Positions 29,631 to 40,109 of a DNA stretch of 64,000 bases are shown piece by piece. The DNA lies in contig CP054675.1 of the NCBI GenBank assembly GCA_013348845.1, forward strand, positions 746,419-810,418. The letters are read 5' to 3'. The position numbers and the translations under genes are program-made. The stretch is from Candidatus Tepidiaquacella proteinivora. Its GTDB lineage: Bacteria; Bacteroidota; Ignavibacteria; Tepidaquicellales; Tepidaquicellaceae. Every line of letters begins with the position of its first letter. The stretch's first letter is position 1. The notes beneath the pieces were generated by a model. It was not told the origin of the DNA and made no database searches. It worked only from the letters and a program-made list of their open reading frames with translations.

Positions 29631-31682
29631 TTAAAATTTAGCCATTTCTTTACAAGCATTTAAAATCCAATCATCCTGTGGTAAAACAACTTTTTCCAGA
29701 GCAGGATGAAAAGGTATATGAACATTTAACGCCCCAATCCTTCTAACAGGAGCATCAAGATATTCGAAAGCGAATTCTGCAATTTGCGCAGATATTTCAG
29801 CTCCGAAGCCATGGAATTTTGAATCTTCATAAACTACAATAACCTTACCAGTTTTCTTAACAGAATTAAGTATAGTATCAATATCAAGAGGTACAATCGT
29901 CCTAATATCTATCACCTCAACATTTACACCAACTTTTTTCATTTCTTTAGCGGCTCTGATACATTTCTCAACCATCGCACCATAAGTAATTAAAGACATA
30001 TCATCTCCTTCAACTTTAATAGCCGCTTTACCAAAAGGCAGATAATAATTTCTATCAGGTTCCGGTGATTTAGCGTATGCCTGTCTATAAAGAAATTTAT
30101 GTTCAAGAAATAAAACAGGATCGTTTAACCTGCATGCAGTTTTTAAAAGACCTTTTGCATCAGCAGCATTAGATGGAAAGGCTATATAAATACCGTGACT
30201 TTTAGCAAAAACAGCTTCAATACATTGTGAATGATAATGTCCACCACCAATATATCCACCACAAGGAACCCTTATTGTTACGGGGCAGCTAAAGGAATTG
30301 TTGGAACGATACCTATACATAGCAAGTTCAGATCTTATCTGCAACATAGCAGGGAAAATATAATCAGCGAATTGAATTTCTACCACCGGTTTTAACCCTG
30401 TTAAAGCAAGCCCAATTGCAGTACCCACGATAGAAGCTTCTGCAAGAGGAGAATTAAAAACTCTTTTACTACCAAATTTAGTTGATAAACCTTTAGTAGC
30501 AGTAAAAACTCCCCCTTTATTATCAGCAATATCTTCTCCATAAATAATCATATCAGGATTGTTCTCCATTTCTTCATGTAAAGCATGATTGATGGCATCA
30601 ACCATAACAACAGGTTGACCAAATTCTTCACATTTTTCGTATTCTATTGAAGTTTGTTCTTCCTTTGGACAATATACAAAATATTCAACTGTATTAGTAT
30701 CAGGATTTGGTTCTTTATAAATTTCTTCACTTAAATTTAAAACTTTGTTAAATAACTCATTTCTGATTGAATTAATTTCATCTTCATTCAAAATTTTATT
30801 TTCAAGGAGAAAATGTTCCATCCTTAAAATCGGATCTCTTTGCTTTTCTTTTTCAAGAGAATCTTTGGAACGGTATTTCTCCTGAGAATCTGAAATCGAA
30901 TGAGACTTCAGTCTAACAACATCGGCATATATTAATGATGGTCCTTTTCCACTTCTTGTAATTCTTACAGCTTCCTTAGCAGTTCCATAACTCTCAAGAA
31001 AATTCGTCCCATCAACATGAAATCTATTCAATCCTTCAAAACCAGCAAGTGCTTTATATATTGATCCGCCAGCCACTTGATTTTCGACTGGTACGGATAT
31101 AGCAAGAGTATTATTTTGTATTAAGAAAATAACAGGTAACTTCTCTCTTGACGCCCAATTAACAGCTTCAAAAAACTCACCTTCAGACGTTGAGCCTTCA
31201 CCACCAGATACACAGACAATTTCATCAACATTTCTAAACCTGCAACTCAAAGCAGTACCCACTGCCTGCAAGTATTGTGTACCAGTTGGAGATGATGCTG
31301 TTGGCATTCTGAGTTTTTTACTACCAATATGTAAGTTCATCTGTCTTCCACCTGTAAACCCATCGGTTTTCTTAGCCATAATATGCCTGAGAAAATCTTC
31401 AATTGTAAGCCCGGCAGCAATACCCAAAGCAGTATCTCTATAATAGGTATAGAACCAATCTTTCCCCGGTTTCATAGCCATTGCAACAGCAACCTGTACA
31501 GCTTCATGACCAGAGCCTGAAATTAGGAAATATGCTTTGCCTTGTTTTATCATCATTTCATTTCTATCATCAATCAACCTTGCTGTCAGCATAAATTTAT
31601 AAGCATCTATTAATTGTAAATCAGATAATTGAAAAAAGTTATCGATATCTTTTAAATAACTTTTTGCTTTACTTGTTTTCAT
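29631..31682 (-). CDS. 2-oxoacid dehydrogenase E1 component, fused alpha/beta subunits (TPP-dependent)
   Basis: The N-terminal half resembles E1-alpha (GGEGSTSEGEF...NN TPP motif region) and the C-terminal half resembles E1-beta (GEDI...GGVF, FNSPLAE). It is 683 aa. Confidence 0.88.
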   Translation of the reverse strand: MKTSKAKSYLKDIDNFFQLSDLQLIDAYKFMLTARLIDDRNEMMIKQGKAYFLISGSGHEAVQVAVAMAMKPGKDWFYTYYRDTALGIAAGLTIEDFLRHIMAKKTDGFTGGRQMNLHIGSKKLRMPTASSPTGTQYLQAVGTALSCRFRNVDEIVCVSGGEGSTSEGEFFEAVNWASREKLPVIFLIQNNTLAISVPVENQVAGGSIYKALAGFEGLNRFHVDGTNFLESYGTAKEAVRITRSGKGPSLIYADVVRLKSHSISDSQEKYRSKDSLEKEKQRDPILRMEHFLLENKILNEDEINSIRNELFNKVLNLSEEIYKEPNPDTNTVEYFVYCPKEEQTSIEYEKCEEFGQPVVMVDAINHALHEEMENNPDMIIYGEDIADNKGGVFTATKGLSTKFGSKRVFNSPLAEASIVGTAIGLALTGLKPVVEIQFADYIFPAMLQIRSELAMYRYRSNNSFSCPVTIRVPCGGYIGGGHYHSQCIEAVFAKSHGIYIAFPSNAADAKGLLKTACRLNDPVLFLEHKFLYRQAYAKSPEPDRNYYLPFGKAAIKVEGDDMSLITYGAMVEKCIRAAKEMKKVGVNVEVIDIRTIVPLDIDTILNSVKKTGKVIVVYEDSKFHGFGAEISAQIAEFAFEYLDAPVRRIGALNVHIPFHPALEKVVLPQDDWILNACKEMAKF

Positions 31683-31917
31683 TATAACTTATACATTTTT
31701 TTTATTTTAATATAAAATATTTACTTAAGTAAATAAAGGATTTTATATCCGTTTTTATAACCATAATAAAGTACATAATATAACAAAAAATTATTGAGAA
31801 TAATTTAAAAAAAATAATTTTTTTACCTATAAATTTACTTTTTCTAAATATCTATTTTAAAGAATAGATTATAAAATAATAACTCTTAGTATTAATTAAA
31901 AATAATATTTATTGGTT

Positions 31918-33267
31918 TTATTTTATTAATACCATTGACCGCACTTCTGAAAATTTTTCTGATATTAATTTATAAAAATAAATTCCTGATGATAAAGTTC
32001 CGGCATCAAAAGTAACGGCATAAATGCCAGGCTTTAAGTATCCATTTATAATGGTTTCAATCTCCTTGCCAAGTAAGTCATATAATTTGACTGTAACATT
32101 TGCATACTGAGGACAATGAATTTCAAATTTTGTCGAATTATTAAAAGGATTAGGGTAATTTTGTTTAAGAGAAAAAGTCTGCGGTACTTCTTTACTGATA
32201 CATTCAATTGGAGCAGTACCCCCGTTTGTTGTTTTTAAAATTAATCCGTTTAAACAGACTGCCCAACCAATATTATTATTCAGAAAAAATAACTTATTAA
32301 CTACCTGAGAACCATTCACATTTTGCTGAATCCACGCATTACCTCCATCAATTGTTTTTCTGATATTTGAACTACCAGAAGAATAATAACCACCAATCCA
32401 ACCAGTATTCAAATCTGAAAAAAACATCGTACGGTTATTCTCATGACTGAATCTTGAAACTGACCAATTCAAACCACCACTTGTGGTTTTCATAAAGATA
32501 GTTGTAGAATCCTTAGCGAGTATATAACCAGTTGATGCATTAAAAAATTTAATAGCTCTGCCTGAAATTCCAGAAGTAGAAGGTTGTGAATCGGTATAAA
32601 CAGAAAACCAGTTTTCACCCTGATTAGTTGTTTTAAAAATCTTAAAGACTCCGGAAACAGGAGAAGAATTTGTGGCGCTTCCCATTGTCCAACCTGTATT
32701 TAAATCTATGAATGTAAGTCCTGTCATATCTCCAAAATTTAAAACGGTATAGAAGTTTATACCCCCATTTGTTGATTTTAAAACACTTCCATATGAATTT
32801 GATGCTGTAAATATACTTAAAGTTTTTAGAATAATGTTATCATTAATGATAATAAAATTTTTTGAATAAGCATTGGTACTGGTTCCAAGTATCTGCTGAT
32901 AATTTAAGATACTCCAGGAATACCCCGAATTTGTTGTTTTTAAAAAATAAATACGGGATTCCATAATGGAAGACCAATCACCAAGAATAAACCCTTCATT
33001 CTCATTTGTAAAGTATACGGAGCGAACTGTAATTTGAACAGGTAATGATTGAGTAATCCAATTCAATCCCCCGTTTGTAGTTTTTAAGAGTATAGAATCT
33101 CCACAAACCCAGCCTGTATTCATATTTATAAAAAATACATCATTCAAATTTCGAGTTGTACCACTAATTAAAGGATACCAACTGAAACACTTATTTGTAT
33201 TAATAGATAAATTTACAACAAAAAAACTTATCAATAAAAGAACAGCAAGAAAATTTTTTGTTCGCAT
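31918..33267 (-). CDS. secreted BNR/Ycf48-like beta-propeller repeat protein with T9SS C-terminal sorting domain
   Basis: Signal peptide and at least six TTNGG.NW-type repeats. The C-terminus NYPNPFNNSTKFEI...GIYFYKL...MVLIK is a T9SS CTD. Confidence 0.75.
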   Translation of the reverse strand: MRTKNFLAVLLLISFFVVNLSINTNKCFSWYPLISGTTRNLNDVFFINMNTGWVCGDSILLKTTNGGLNWITQSLPVQITVRSVYFTNENEGFILGDWSSIMESRIYFLKTTNSGYSWSILNYQQILGTSTNAYSKNFIIINDNIILKTLSIFTASNSYGSVLKSTNGGINFYTVLNFGDMTGLTFIDLNTGWTMGSATNSSPVSGVFKIFKTTNQGENWFSVYTDSQPSTSGISGRAIKFFNASTGYILAKDSTTIFMKTTSGGLNWSVSRFSHENNRTMFFSDLNTGWIGGYYSSGSSNIRKTIDGGNAWIQQNVNGSQVVNKLFFLNNNIGWAVCLNGLILKTTNGGTAPIECISKEVPQTFSLKQNYPNPFNNSTKFEIHCPQYANVTVKLYDLLGKEIETIINGYLKPGIYAVTFDAGTLSSGIYFYKLISEKFSEVRSMVLIK

Positions 33268-33276
33268 AAATCAATT

Positions 33277-34440
33277 TTAAATTTTTGGATTAAAATTTTT
33301 ACCAAATTTTATAATATCAAATTTAAATTTATCTCTTATTTCATCTAATTTCTGGGTAAGAGTTTCATATTTATTATTTTCGAATAAATCACATTGTGAA
33401 GAATCTATTTTACAAAGTTCAGAAAATTTTATACCGAGTAATCTAATCTTTTTATTTTTTACAATTAAACTATTTAAAAGGGTTACTGCTTTTTCGTAAA
33501 AATCAAATTCAAGATTTGAATACTTTTGAAAAGTAAAAGATTTCTGGTTAATTGAAAAATCATCATATTTAACCTTTACTGTTAGGGTTTTAGACTTTAA
33601 TTCATATTTACGTAATCTTTTAGCAGCTTTTTCAATCAGAGCATATATTTGTTGACTAAGAAATTTTAAATCATTAGTATCTTCAATAAAAGTACATTCT
33701 TTTGATAAAGATTTCCTTTCACTCTCCTGAAGGGATATTCCTTTAATGTAAGTCCCATCTGCAATGTTATGAAAATAATCATAATCTAACCCTAATTCTT
33801 TTTCAAAAAATGACCTGCCAAATTTTAAAATATCTCCAATAAAATTGATATTGTACTTCCTGAATTTTTGTAATGTAGATTTTCCAACCCCGGGTATTTT
33901 CTGAACTTCAAGATTGGCGATAAACTCACGCTCTTTACCTTGTGGTATATATGTTATTCCGTCAGGTTTATTTATTTCAGATGCAATCTTTGCATAGATT
34001 TTTCCACTTGCAATTCCAATTGAACAGGTAATTTTTAATGTATTTTTTATCTCACTCTTAATTAACTCTGCAAGTTTAATGGGATTATTTTCAAAATTCA
34101 TTATTACATCAGAAACATCCATATATGCTTCATCTATACTTGCCTGAGCAACAATCGGTGAGTATTTGAATAATATAGCCATTACTTTTTCCGAAAAATC
34201 CTTATAAAGTCCCCTTGTACCTCTTATGAAAATACCATCCGGAGCAAGTTTAATTGCCTGAGTTAATGGCATAGCCGTTTTTATTCCTCTTTTTCTGGCT
34301 ATATAATTTGGACAAGCAACAATAGAACGTAAATCATTTTTAGTACCACCAACAATGAGGGGCTTTCCTCTATATGAAGGATTAATTGCTTCTTCGCAGG
34401 AAGCAAAGAAAGCATCCATATCAATATGAAAAATTATCAC
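33277..34440 (-). CDS. dinB: DNA polymerase IV
   Basis: HIDMDAFFAS, SIDEAYMDV, SIGIA and PGVG motifs. Confidence 0.92.
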   Translation of the reverse strand: MIIFHIDMDAFFASCEEAINPSYRGKPLIVGGTKNDLRSIVACPNYIARKRGIKTAMPLTQAIKLAPDGIFIRGTRGLYKDFSEKVMAILFKYSPIVAQASIDEAYMDVSDVIMNFENNPIKLAELIKSEIKNTLKITCSIGIASGKIYAKIASEINKPDGITYIPQGKEREFIANLEVQKIPGVGKSTLQKFRKYNINFIGDILKFGRSFFEKELGLDYDYFHNIADGTYIKGISLQESERKSLSKECTFIEDTNDLKFLSQQIYALIEKAAKRLRKYELKSKTLTVKVKYDDFSINQKSFTFQKYSNLEFDFYEKAVTLLNSLIVKNKKIRLLGIKFSELCKIDSSQCDLFENNKYETLTQKLDEIRDKFKFDIIKFGKNFNPKI

Positions 34441-34498
34441 ATTAAAATGTAATATTTTAAGAAGATATAAACAAGAGTTTTAGAAATATAGAATATAT

Positions 34499-36199
34499 TT
34501 AATAGACAATGGCTTTACCATAACCCCTCATATCGGAATGTGCTTTTAATACTCCATCATTCAGAAACATAATAGCATCTACTCTACCAAAATTATGAAC
34601 CTGTCTGAAAGTATGTCCCATTTCTAACAGCCTTTTTTGAGTTTTCCCATCCAATAACTCTCTTTCTATCTGAATTTCATCAGGGAACCATTGATGATGA
34701 AAACGAGGTAAGTCAATTGCTTCTTCAAGTGATAAACCAAAGTCAATAATTCGGACAATCGTATTTAAAACAGTAGTAATAATTTTACTACCACCCGGAG
34801 AACCAAGAACGAGAAAAGGTTTTTTATCCCTGAAAATTATGGTAGGAGTCATTGAACTAAGCGGTCTTTTCTTAGGTTGAATCTCATTAGCAACATTACC
34901 CAATAAGCCATAAATATTCGGGACACCAGCTTTAATTGAAAAATCATCCATCTCATTATTCAAGAAGAAACCCGCACCATCAACTATAACTTTATTTCCA
35001 TAGATATCATTAATTGTAGTTGTAACAGCAACAATATTACCATAACTATCAACAACTGAATAATGTGTTGTATTTTCACCTTCGTTATTAATTTTTACAG
35101 GAGAGATATCAGAACTTGGAGTCGCTTTATTTTTATCAAAGTCTGAAAACATCTTGCGTGCAAAATCTTTACTAATTAAAACATCAACAGGAACGGGATA
35201 GAAATCTACATCACCTAAATGTTCACTTCTATCAGCAAAAACTCTCCTCATTGCTTCAACCATTAAATGAATATTTTCTGCGGAGAATAAATCATTATCT
35301 GATAAATTGAAATTTTCGAGAATATTTAAAAGATAAATCAGACAAATTCCTCCGCTACTGGGTGGAGGCATAGTTATTATTTCATAACCACGGTAAGTTC
35401 CTTTGATAACCTGTCTTTCTTTCACAATATAATTTTCAAGATCTTCATAAGAAATAATTCCACCACCTCTTTTCATTTCTTGTACAATCTTATCAGCAAT
35501 TTCACCTTTATAAAATCCATCTTTTCCTTCATCCCTAATTTTCTTCAATGTATAAGCAAGGTCTTTCTGAACTAAAATTTCACCCCCCTTAAACTTCCTG
35601 CCAAAAATTTTTTTAGTACTTTCAAATTTTTTAAAATCTTTAAGATTATTATTAAGAGAGTTCGCAAGTTCTGGTTTTATTCGGAAACCATTTTCTGCAA
35701 GGTCAATCGCGTATTTCATTACTTCCGCTCTCGACATAGTACCATATTTTTCTAATGCATATAACAGACCTGCAACAGAACCGGGGACAGCAGATGCTAA
35801 ACATCCAATAGTGCTTAAATCCTCAATCACATTCCCGTATTCATCCAGATACATATTTTTATGTGCATTAAGAGGTGCCATTTCTCTAAAATCGATTGCA
35901 ACATCTCTGCCATCACTCAAATGAATAACAAAAAAGCCACCTCCACCTAAATTTCCAGCCTGCGGATACACAACCGCAAGAGCAAATCCCACTCCTACTG
36001 CTGCATCAATTGCATTACCCCCATCCATTAAAATTTTCATTCCGATTTCAGTAGCGAGTTCATCAGCACTGCTTACTGCTCCGTATTTATATTTTAAATT
36101 CTCTTTTTTCCCTAAGACTTGTTGAGGAACGGTTTTATTATTATTGCAACAGAAAAAAATTATTATTAAAAATAATAGAGTTTTCTTTATTCTATACAT
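34499..36199 (-). CDS. ggt: gamma-glutamyltransferase
   Basis: Signal peptide, GGNAIDAAV, the autoprocessing site GENTTHYSVVD, and SSMTPTI...GSPGGS. Confidence 0.92.
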   Translation of the reverse strand: MYRIKKTLLFLIIIFFCCNNNKTVPQQVLGKKENLKYKYGAVSSADELATEIGMKILMDGGNAIDAAVGVGFALAVVYPQAGNLGGGGFFVIHLSDGRDVAIDFREMAPLNAHKNMYLDEYGNVIEDLSTIGCLASAVPGSVAGLLYALEKYGTMSRAEVMKYAIDLAENGFRIKPELANSLNNNLKDFKKFESTKKIFGRKFKGGEILVQKDLAYTLKKIRDEGKDGFYKGEIADKIVQEMKRGGGIISYEDLENYIVKERQVIKGTYRGYEIITMPPPSSGGICLIYLLNILENFNLSDNDLFSAENIHLMVEAMRRVFADRSEHLGDVDFYPVPVDVLISKDFARKMFSDFDKNKATPSSDISPVKINNEGENTTHYSVVDSYGNIVAVTTTINDIYGNKVIVDGAGFFLNNEMDDFSIKAGVPNIYGLLGNVANEIQPKKRPLSSMTPTIIFRDKKPFLVLGSPGGSKIITTVLNTIVRIIDFGLSLEEAIDLPRFHHQWFPDEIQIERELLDGKTQKRLLEMGHTFRQVHNFGRVDAIMFLNDGVLKAHSDMRGYGKAIVY

Positions 36200-36231
36200 T
36201 ATTCAATGAATAAAAAATTTATAAAATAATA

Positions 36232-36996
36232 TTAAAATAATTTCGCAATAGGAGGAAGCTTTCTTTTAAACTCATTTTTTTTAATCATAAAATCTACTTT
36301 CTCAATAAAGTCAATATTGAAACCTAATTCAAGTAACTCATCTTTCGATTTCTTATTATCTATTTTCTCTTTTAAGTATTTATCTACCTCATTATATGTG
36401 AACCCCATTTCTCCCTCATCAGTCTGACCTTTCCATAAATCAGCAGAAGGTTTTTTCTGAATTATCTTTTCGGGAATTTTCAGATATTTTGCGAATTCCC
36501 AGATCTGAGTTTTATATAAATCACCAATCGGGTTAATTGCACAGGCATTATCACCATAAATAGTAGTATAACCTAAAAGATATTCTGTTTTATTGCCTGT
36601 CCCGATAACAACTGCATTATACTCAGCTGATTTATCATAAAGCACAATCATCCTCATTCTCGCCATAATATTTCCCTTCCTCACATTTGAAATCTGCTCT
36701 CCGGCATAATTACTGATATAAGAATCAACCATAGGAGTGATGTCTATAATTTCAAAATTACAGTTGAGAACTGAGGCTAATTCTTTTGCATCTTGAATAT
36801 TATTTCTATTACTTGTTTTATATGGAAGAGCAATACAATAAACATTCTTACTACCTAATGCTTTAACTGAAAGGCAAGCTGAGACTGCAGAATCAACACC
36901 CCCTGATAATCCAATAACAGCCTTTTTTATATTAATTTTTTGTGTTTCTTTCTGAATAAAATCTATTATCTTTTCCTCAATGTTTTTGTAATCCAA
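36232..36996 (-). CDS. nadE: NH3-dependent NAD+ synthetase
   Basis: GLSGGVDSAV PP-loop and a typical NadE length. Confidence 0.92.
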   Translation of the reverse strand: MDYKNIEEKIIDFIQKETQKINIKKAVIGLSGGVDSAVSACLSVKALGSKNVYCIALPYKTSNRNNIQDAKELASVLNCNFEIIDITPMVDSYISNYAGEQISNVRKGNIMARMRMIVLYDKSAEYNAVVIGTGNKTEYLLGYTTIYGDNACAINPIGDLYKTQIWEFAKYLKIPEKIIQKKPSADLWKGQTDEGEMGFTYNEVDKYLKEKIDNKKSKDELLELGFNIDFIEKVDFMIKKNEFKRKLPPIAKLF

Positions 36997-37020
36997 TTTT
37001 ACTAATATTTAGATCTAATT

Positions 37021-37046
37021 AAAAAAAAAAGCCGCATTTATGCGGC
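37021..37046 (-). terminator. Rho-independent terminator of the 84-aa gene
   Basis: The minus strand reads GCCGCA-TAAA-TGCGGC followed by T10 (plus-strand A10 at 37021-37030, stem at 37031-37046). Confidence 0.8.
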
Positions 37047-37066
37047 TACGACTAATAAAATTGTAT

Positions 37067-37321
37067 CTATTTTGATACTTGATAAACAATTTTTCTTATA
37101 GTATCAAATTGCAAATATGGAAACATTTCTTGAATTTTATCAATAGCTTCACCCGCACTCATTTCCCTCCTCATATCTTTGTACATTTTTCTTATTCTGT
37201 AATCCCTTATTGCCTTTTCATCAAGGAGCTTAAACTTTATAAGTTTGTCATATGTATCATCATCAATCAGGTCTCCAAGTGGATTTTTATTAATAGTTTT
37301 AGCTTTGTTTATAGGTTTCAC
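37067..37321 (-). CDS. small stand-alone hypothetical protein (possible HTH-type regulator)
   Basis: 84-aa ORF with a GTG start at 37321 preceded by AAGGAG 8 nt upstream, followed by a strong terminator. The C-terminal AGEAIDKIQEMFPYLQFDTIRKIVY looks helix-turn-helix-like. The family is not recognised. Confidence 0.5.
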   Translation of the reverse strand: MKPINKAKTINKNPLGDLIDDDTYDKLIKFKLLDEKAIRDYRIRKMYKDMRREMSAGEAIDKIQEMFPYLQFDTIRKIVYQVSK

Positions 37322-37518
37322 TTTATTTCTCCTTCTTTATTTCTATTTTTGGTTCAATTAAACTTATAATAATTATTGACTTAAAAAAAATTAATTTAAT
37401 TGTTCACCTATACAAAAATAACTGAAAATAGGTAAAAAAGTCAATATTAGTATAAAATATATTTTTATGTTGAATTTGAGTAATGTTAAAATTAATTTGA
37501 AAGATTATTTAAATCATT

Positions 37519-39375
37519 ATGAAAAAATTAATTTGTATTTTAATAGCTACACTATTTTTAAATGTGGGTTTTTCACAAGAGACTAAACATTTAAAGGTCG
37601 AATCACATTTCAACAAGAAATCCCACTTACCAACTGATACAATTCTTGCCATTTTTAAAATCTCAATAAAAGATGGGTATCATATTAATTCATACAAACC
37701 CATTGACACAAGTTTTATTCCAACAACTATAACAATAAATTCGGACAATTTTAAAATTAATTCTTTACATTTTCCGGAAGATAAAATCTTTGATTTTCAG
37801 GGAATAAAAATTAATGTGTATGAAAAAGATATTTATATTGGTGCAAAAATAATCCCTAATAAGCATTTCAGAAATGAAACAATCCCGATAGACTTTATTT
37901 TAAATTATCAGGCATGTAGTGATAAAATTTGTGATTTACCAGAGAAGGTACTAATAAAAAGTGAAATTAAAATAGATTCCGCTTCAGACAATACTCAATT
38001 AATAAATAAAGAATTATTTTCAAAAATAAACTTTACAGAACCATCATTAACTTTTGAATCATCCCCTGAAAATACAAATAATCAATCAGAGAAAGAAATA
38101 ATTCAAACCGAAACAACCGAAGATGATATTTCAAAGAAAATTGAATCAGAAGGTATTTTTCTAACGTTAATTTTTATTTTTATAGGCGGCTTGGGATTAA
38201 ACCTGACTCCATGTATATATCCTTTAATTCCCATAACAATTAGTTATTTCGGAAGCCAGACGGATAAAAGCAGATCCGAGAGTATTATATCAGGAGTTTT
38301 CTATGCAATTGGTATGGCAGTTACTTATACTGCATTAGGATTAATCGCAGCTTTAACCGGAGGATTATTTGCTGAATTTATGCAAAAGCCTTTAGTTCTT
38401 ATAGGAATAGCAGTGATATTTATCGCATTATCTTTAAGTATGTTTGGTCTCTATGAAATCAGAATGCCACAGAAATTAACAATAACAGGTTCTAAAACAA
38501 GAAAAGGATTTTTAGGTTCATTTGTAATGGGTCTTTTTGTTGGAGTAATAGCAGCACCGTGTATTGGTCCAATTATTTTAAGTTTACTAATTCACGTTGG
38601 TCAGGTAGGTAAACCGTTATATGGACTTTTATTATTCGGAACTTTATCACTTGGGTTAGGTGCGCCATATATAGTTCTTGCGGCTTTTTCAAATTCAATC
38701 AGCAAATTACCAAGATCAGGAGAATGGATGATAGGGGTTAAGATTATTTTCGGATTAATTCTAATCGGAGTTGCATTTTATTATTTAATCCCGGTTTTAC
38801 CTTCCGATGTTGGAGAAATATTATTTTATGCTTACTTTTTAATTGCAGGTATGTATCTGATTTTAATAGATAAAAAGGGATCAAATTCTAAAGTATTTAC
38901 AAAAATAAAATATATTTTTGCAATTGCAGCAATAATTATAGGCACATACAATTTGAAATCATCTATTGAGGATTATAATATAAAACACAGTGGTCAGAAT
39001 ATTACAAAAGGCAATGCAGTACAGTGGATTTTAACAGATAATATTCAAACAATAGATGAAAAAATAAAATCAGCAAATAAACCGATAATGATAGATTTCT
39101 ATGCAGATTGGTGTCTTGAATGTAAACAATTAGATAGAGAAACTTACAAGAATCCGGAAGTGATAGAACTTTCGGAATCATTTATAAACATTAAAGTAGA
39201 TTTAACAAAAACAAATCAAGAAATACAGGATAGATTTAATATAAAAGGTTTACCGGTTGTTGCTTTTTTGGATAAAAATGGAAATGAAATAAAAAGCTTA
39301 AGGGTAACAGGTTTTGAAAAGCCTGAGGAAATGAAAATAAAAATGAAAAAAGTCTTAGAAAATGAAAACAAATAA
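37519..39375 (+). CDS. dsbD: thiol:disulfide interchange protein DsbD-like
   Basis: Signal peptide with an N-terminal DsbD-alpha-like domain (C..C), a central multi-TM CcdA-type domain (LNLTPCIYPL, AAPCIGP) and a C-terminal thioredoxin domain (DFYADWCLECK). Confidence 0.85.
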   Translation: MKKLICILIATLFLNVGFSQETKHLKVESHFNKKSHLPTDTILAIFKISIKDGYHINSYKPIDTSFIPTTITINSDNFKINSLHFPEDKIFDFQGIKINVYEKDIYIGAKIIPNKHFRNETIPIDFILNYQACSDKICDLPEKVLIKSEIKIDSASDNTQLINKELFSKINFTEPSLTFESSPENTNNQSEKEIIQTETTEDDISKKIESEGIFLTLIFIFIGGLGLNLTPCIYPLIPITISYFGSQTDKSRSESIISGVFYAIGMAVTYTALGLIAALTGGLFAEFMQKPLVLIGIAVIFIALSLSMFGLYEIRMPQKLTITGSKTRKGFLGSFVMGLFVGVIAAPCIGPIILSLLIHVGQVGKPLYGLLLFGTLSLGLGAPYIVLAAFSNSISKLPRSGEWMIGVKIIFGLILIGVAFYYLIPVLPSDVGEILFYAYFLIAGMYLILIDKKGSNSKVFTKIKYIFAIAAIIIGTYNLKSSIEDYNIKHSGQNITKGNAVQWILTDNIQTIDEKIKSANKPIMIDFYADWCLECKQLDRETYKNPEVIELSESFINIKVDLTKTNQEIQDRFNIKGLPVVAFLDKNGNEIKSLRVTGFEKPEEMKIKMKKVLENENK

Positions 39376-40093
39376 AATAGAAATTTTACTTATAATCATA
39401 ATTGCAGTAATTCTTTTTGGTAATTATTCTGCTTTATCACAGAACTTTGAGAATAAAAAGTCTGAATTAAAAGATAAAATTATCAACCAGAATGACAGCA
39501 GGAAACAAATATATTTCAATAATGAAGCAGAAAAATCTCCATCAATCTCTGCAGTTTTATCATTAATTTTACCAGGTGCAGGTCATTTTTATGCTGGAAG
39601 AATGGATGTAGGAAAATATTTTTTAACTGCTGAAGCCGGGCTCTGGTTGGGAATCATAGGAGTAAATATCTATGGAGATGCAATAAAAGAAGATTCAAGG
39701 TCATTTGCTGCCGTTCATTCCGGTATAAATAAAAATGGTAAGGATGATGAATTTTTTGTCAACATAGGTCTTTTCAATAATATATATGAATATAATAATT
39801 ACAGATTAAGCAGGGGTGAGTTTGATAAATTATATGATATTAATTCCCACTTCTGGAACTGGGATTTTAATCACAACAGAGAATTATATGATGAACAAAG
39901 GAAAAAAAGCGAGAGAATATACAATAGCGACAGAATTTTTACTGCCGGTTTAATTATCAACAGAATAGCGAGTGCAGTAAGTGCTTTCCTGTTAACTAAT
40001 AGTTCTTCAGGTTTGAAAATCAGTTCAGGTTTTAATAAATTCGTAAATGGAAAGCCAAGCGGCATAGAAATAAAATTAACCAAACTATTCTAA
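39362..40093 (+). CDS. membrane protein with PGAGHFY motif (DUF5683-like?)
   Basis: N-terminal TM helix, LILPGAGHFYAG TM hairpin, a soluble Tyr/Asn-rich segment and a final TM helix INRIASAVSAF. It is a paralogue of 40850..41743. Confidence 0.5.
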   Translation: MKTNKIEILLIIIIAVILFGNYSALSQNFENKKSELKDKIINQNDSRKQIYFNNEAEKSPSISAVLSLILPGAGHFYAGRMDVGKYFLTAEAGLWLGIIGVNIYGDAIKEDSRSFAAVHSGINKNGKDDEFFVNIGLFNNIYEYNNYRLSRGEFDKLYDINSHFWNWDFNHNRELYDEQRKKSERIYNSDRIFTAGLIINRIASAVSAFLLTNSSSGLKISSGFNKFVNGKPSGIEIKLTKLF

Positions 40094-40109
40094 TTACGGT
40101 ACTGAATAA

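Noticed and set aside
31683-31917. 235-nt intergenic region as a possible riboswitch or sRNA upstream of the E1 gene
   Set aside because: It is almost pure A/T. The only pairing seen is a weak 7-bp AT-rich inverted repeat (ATCTATT/AATAGAT), and no conserved riboswitch core is recognisable.
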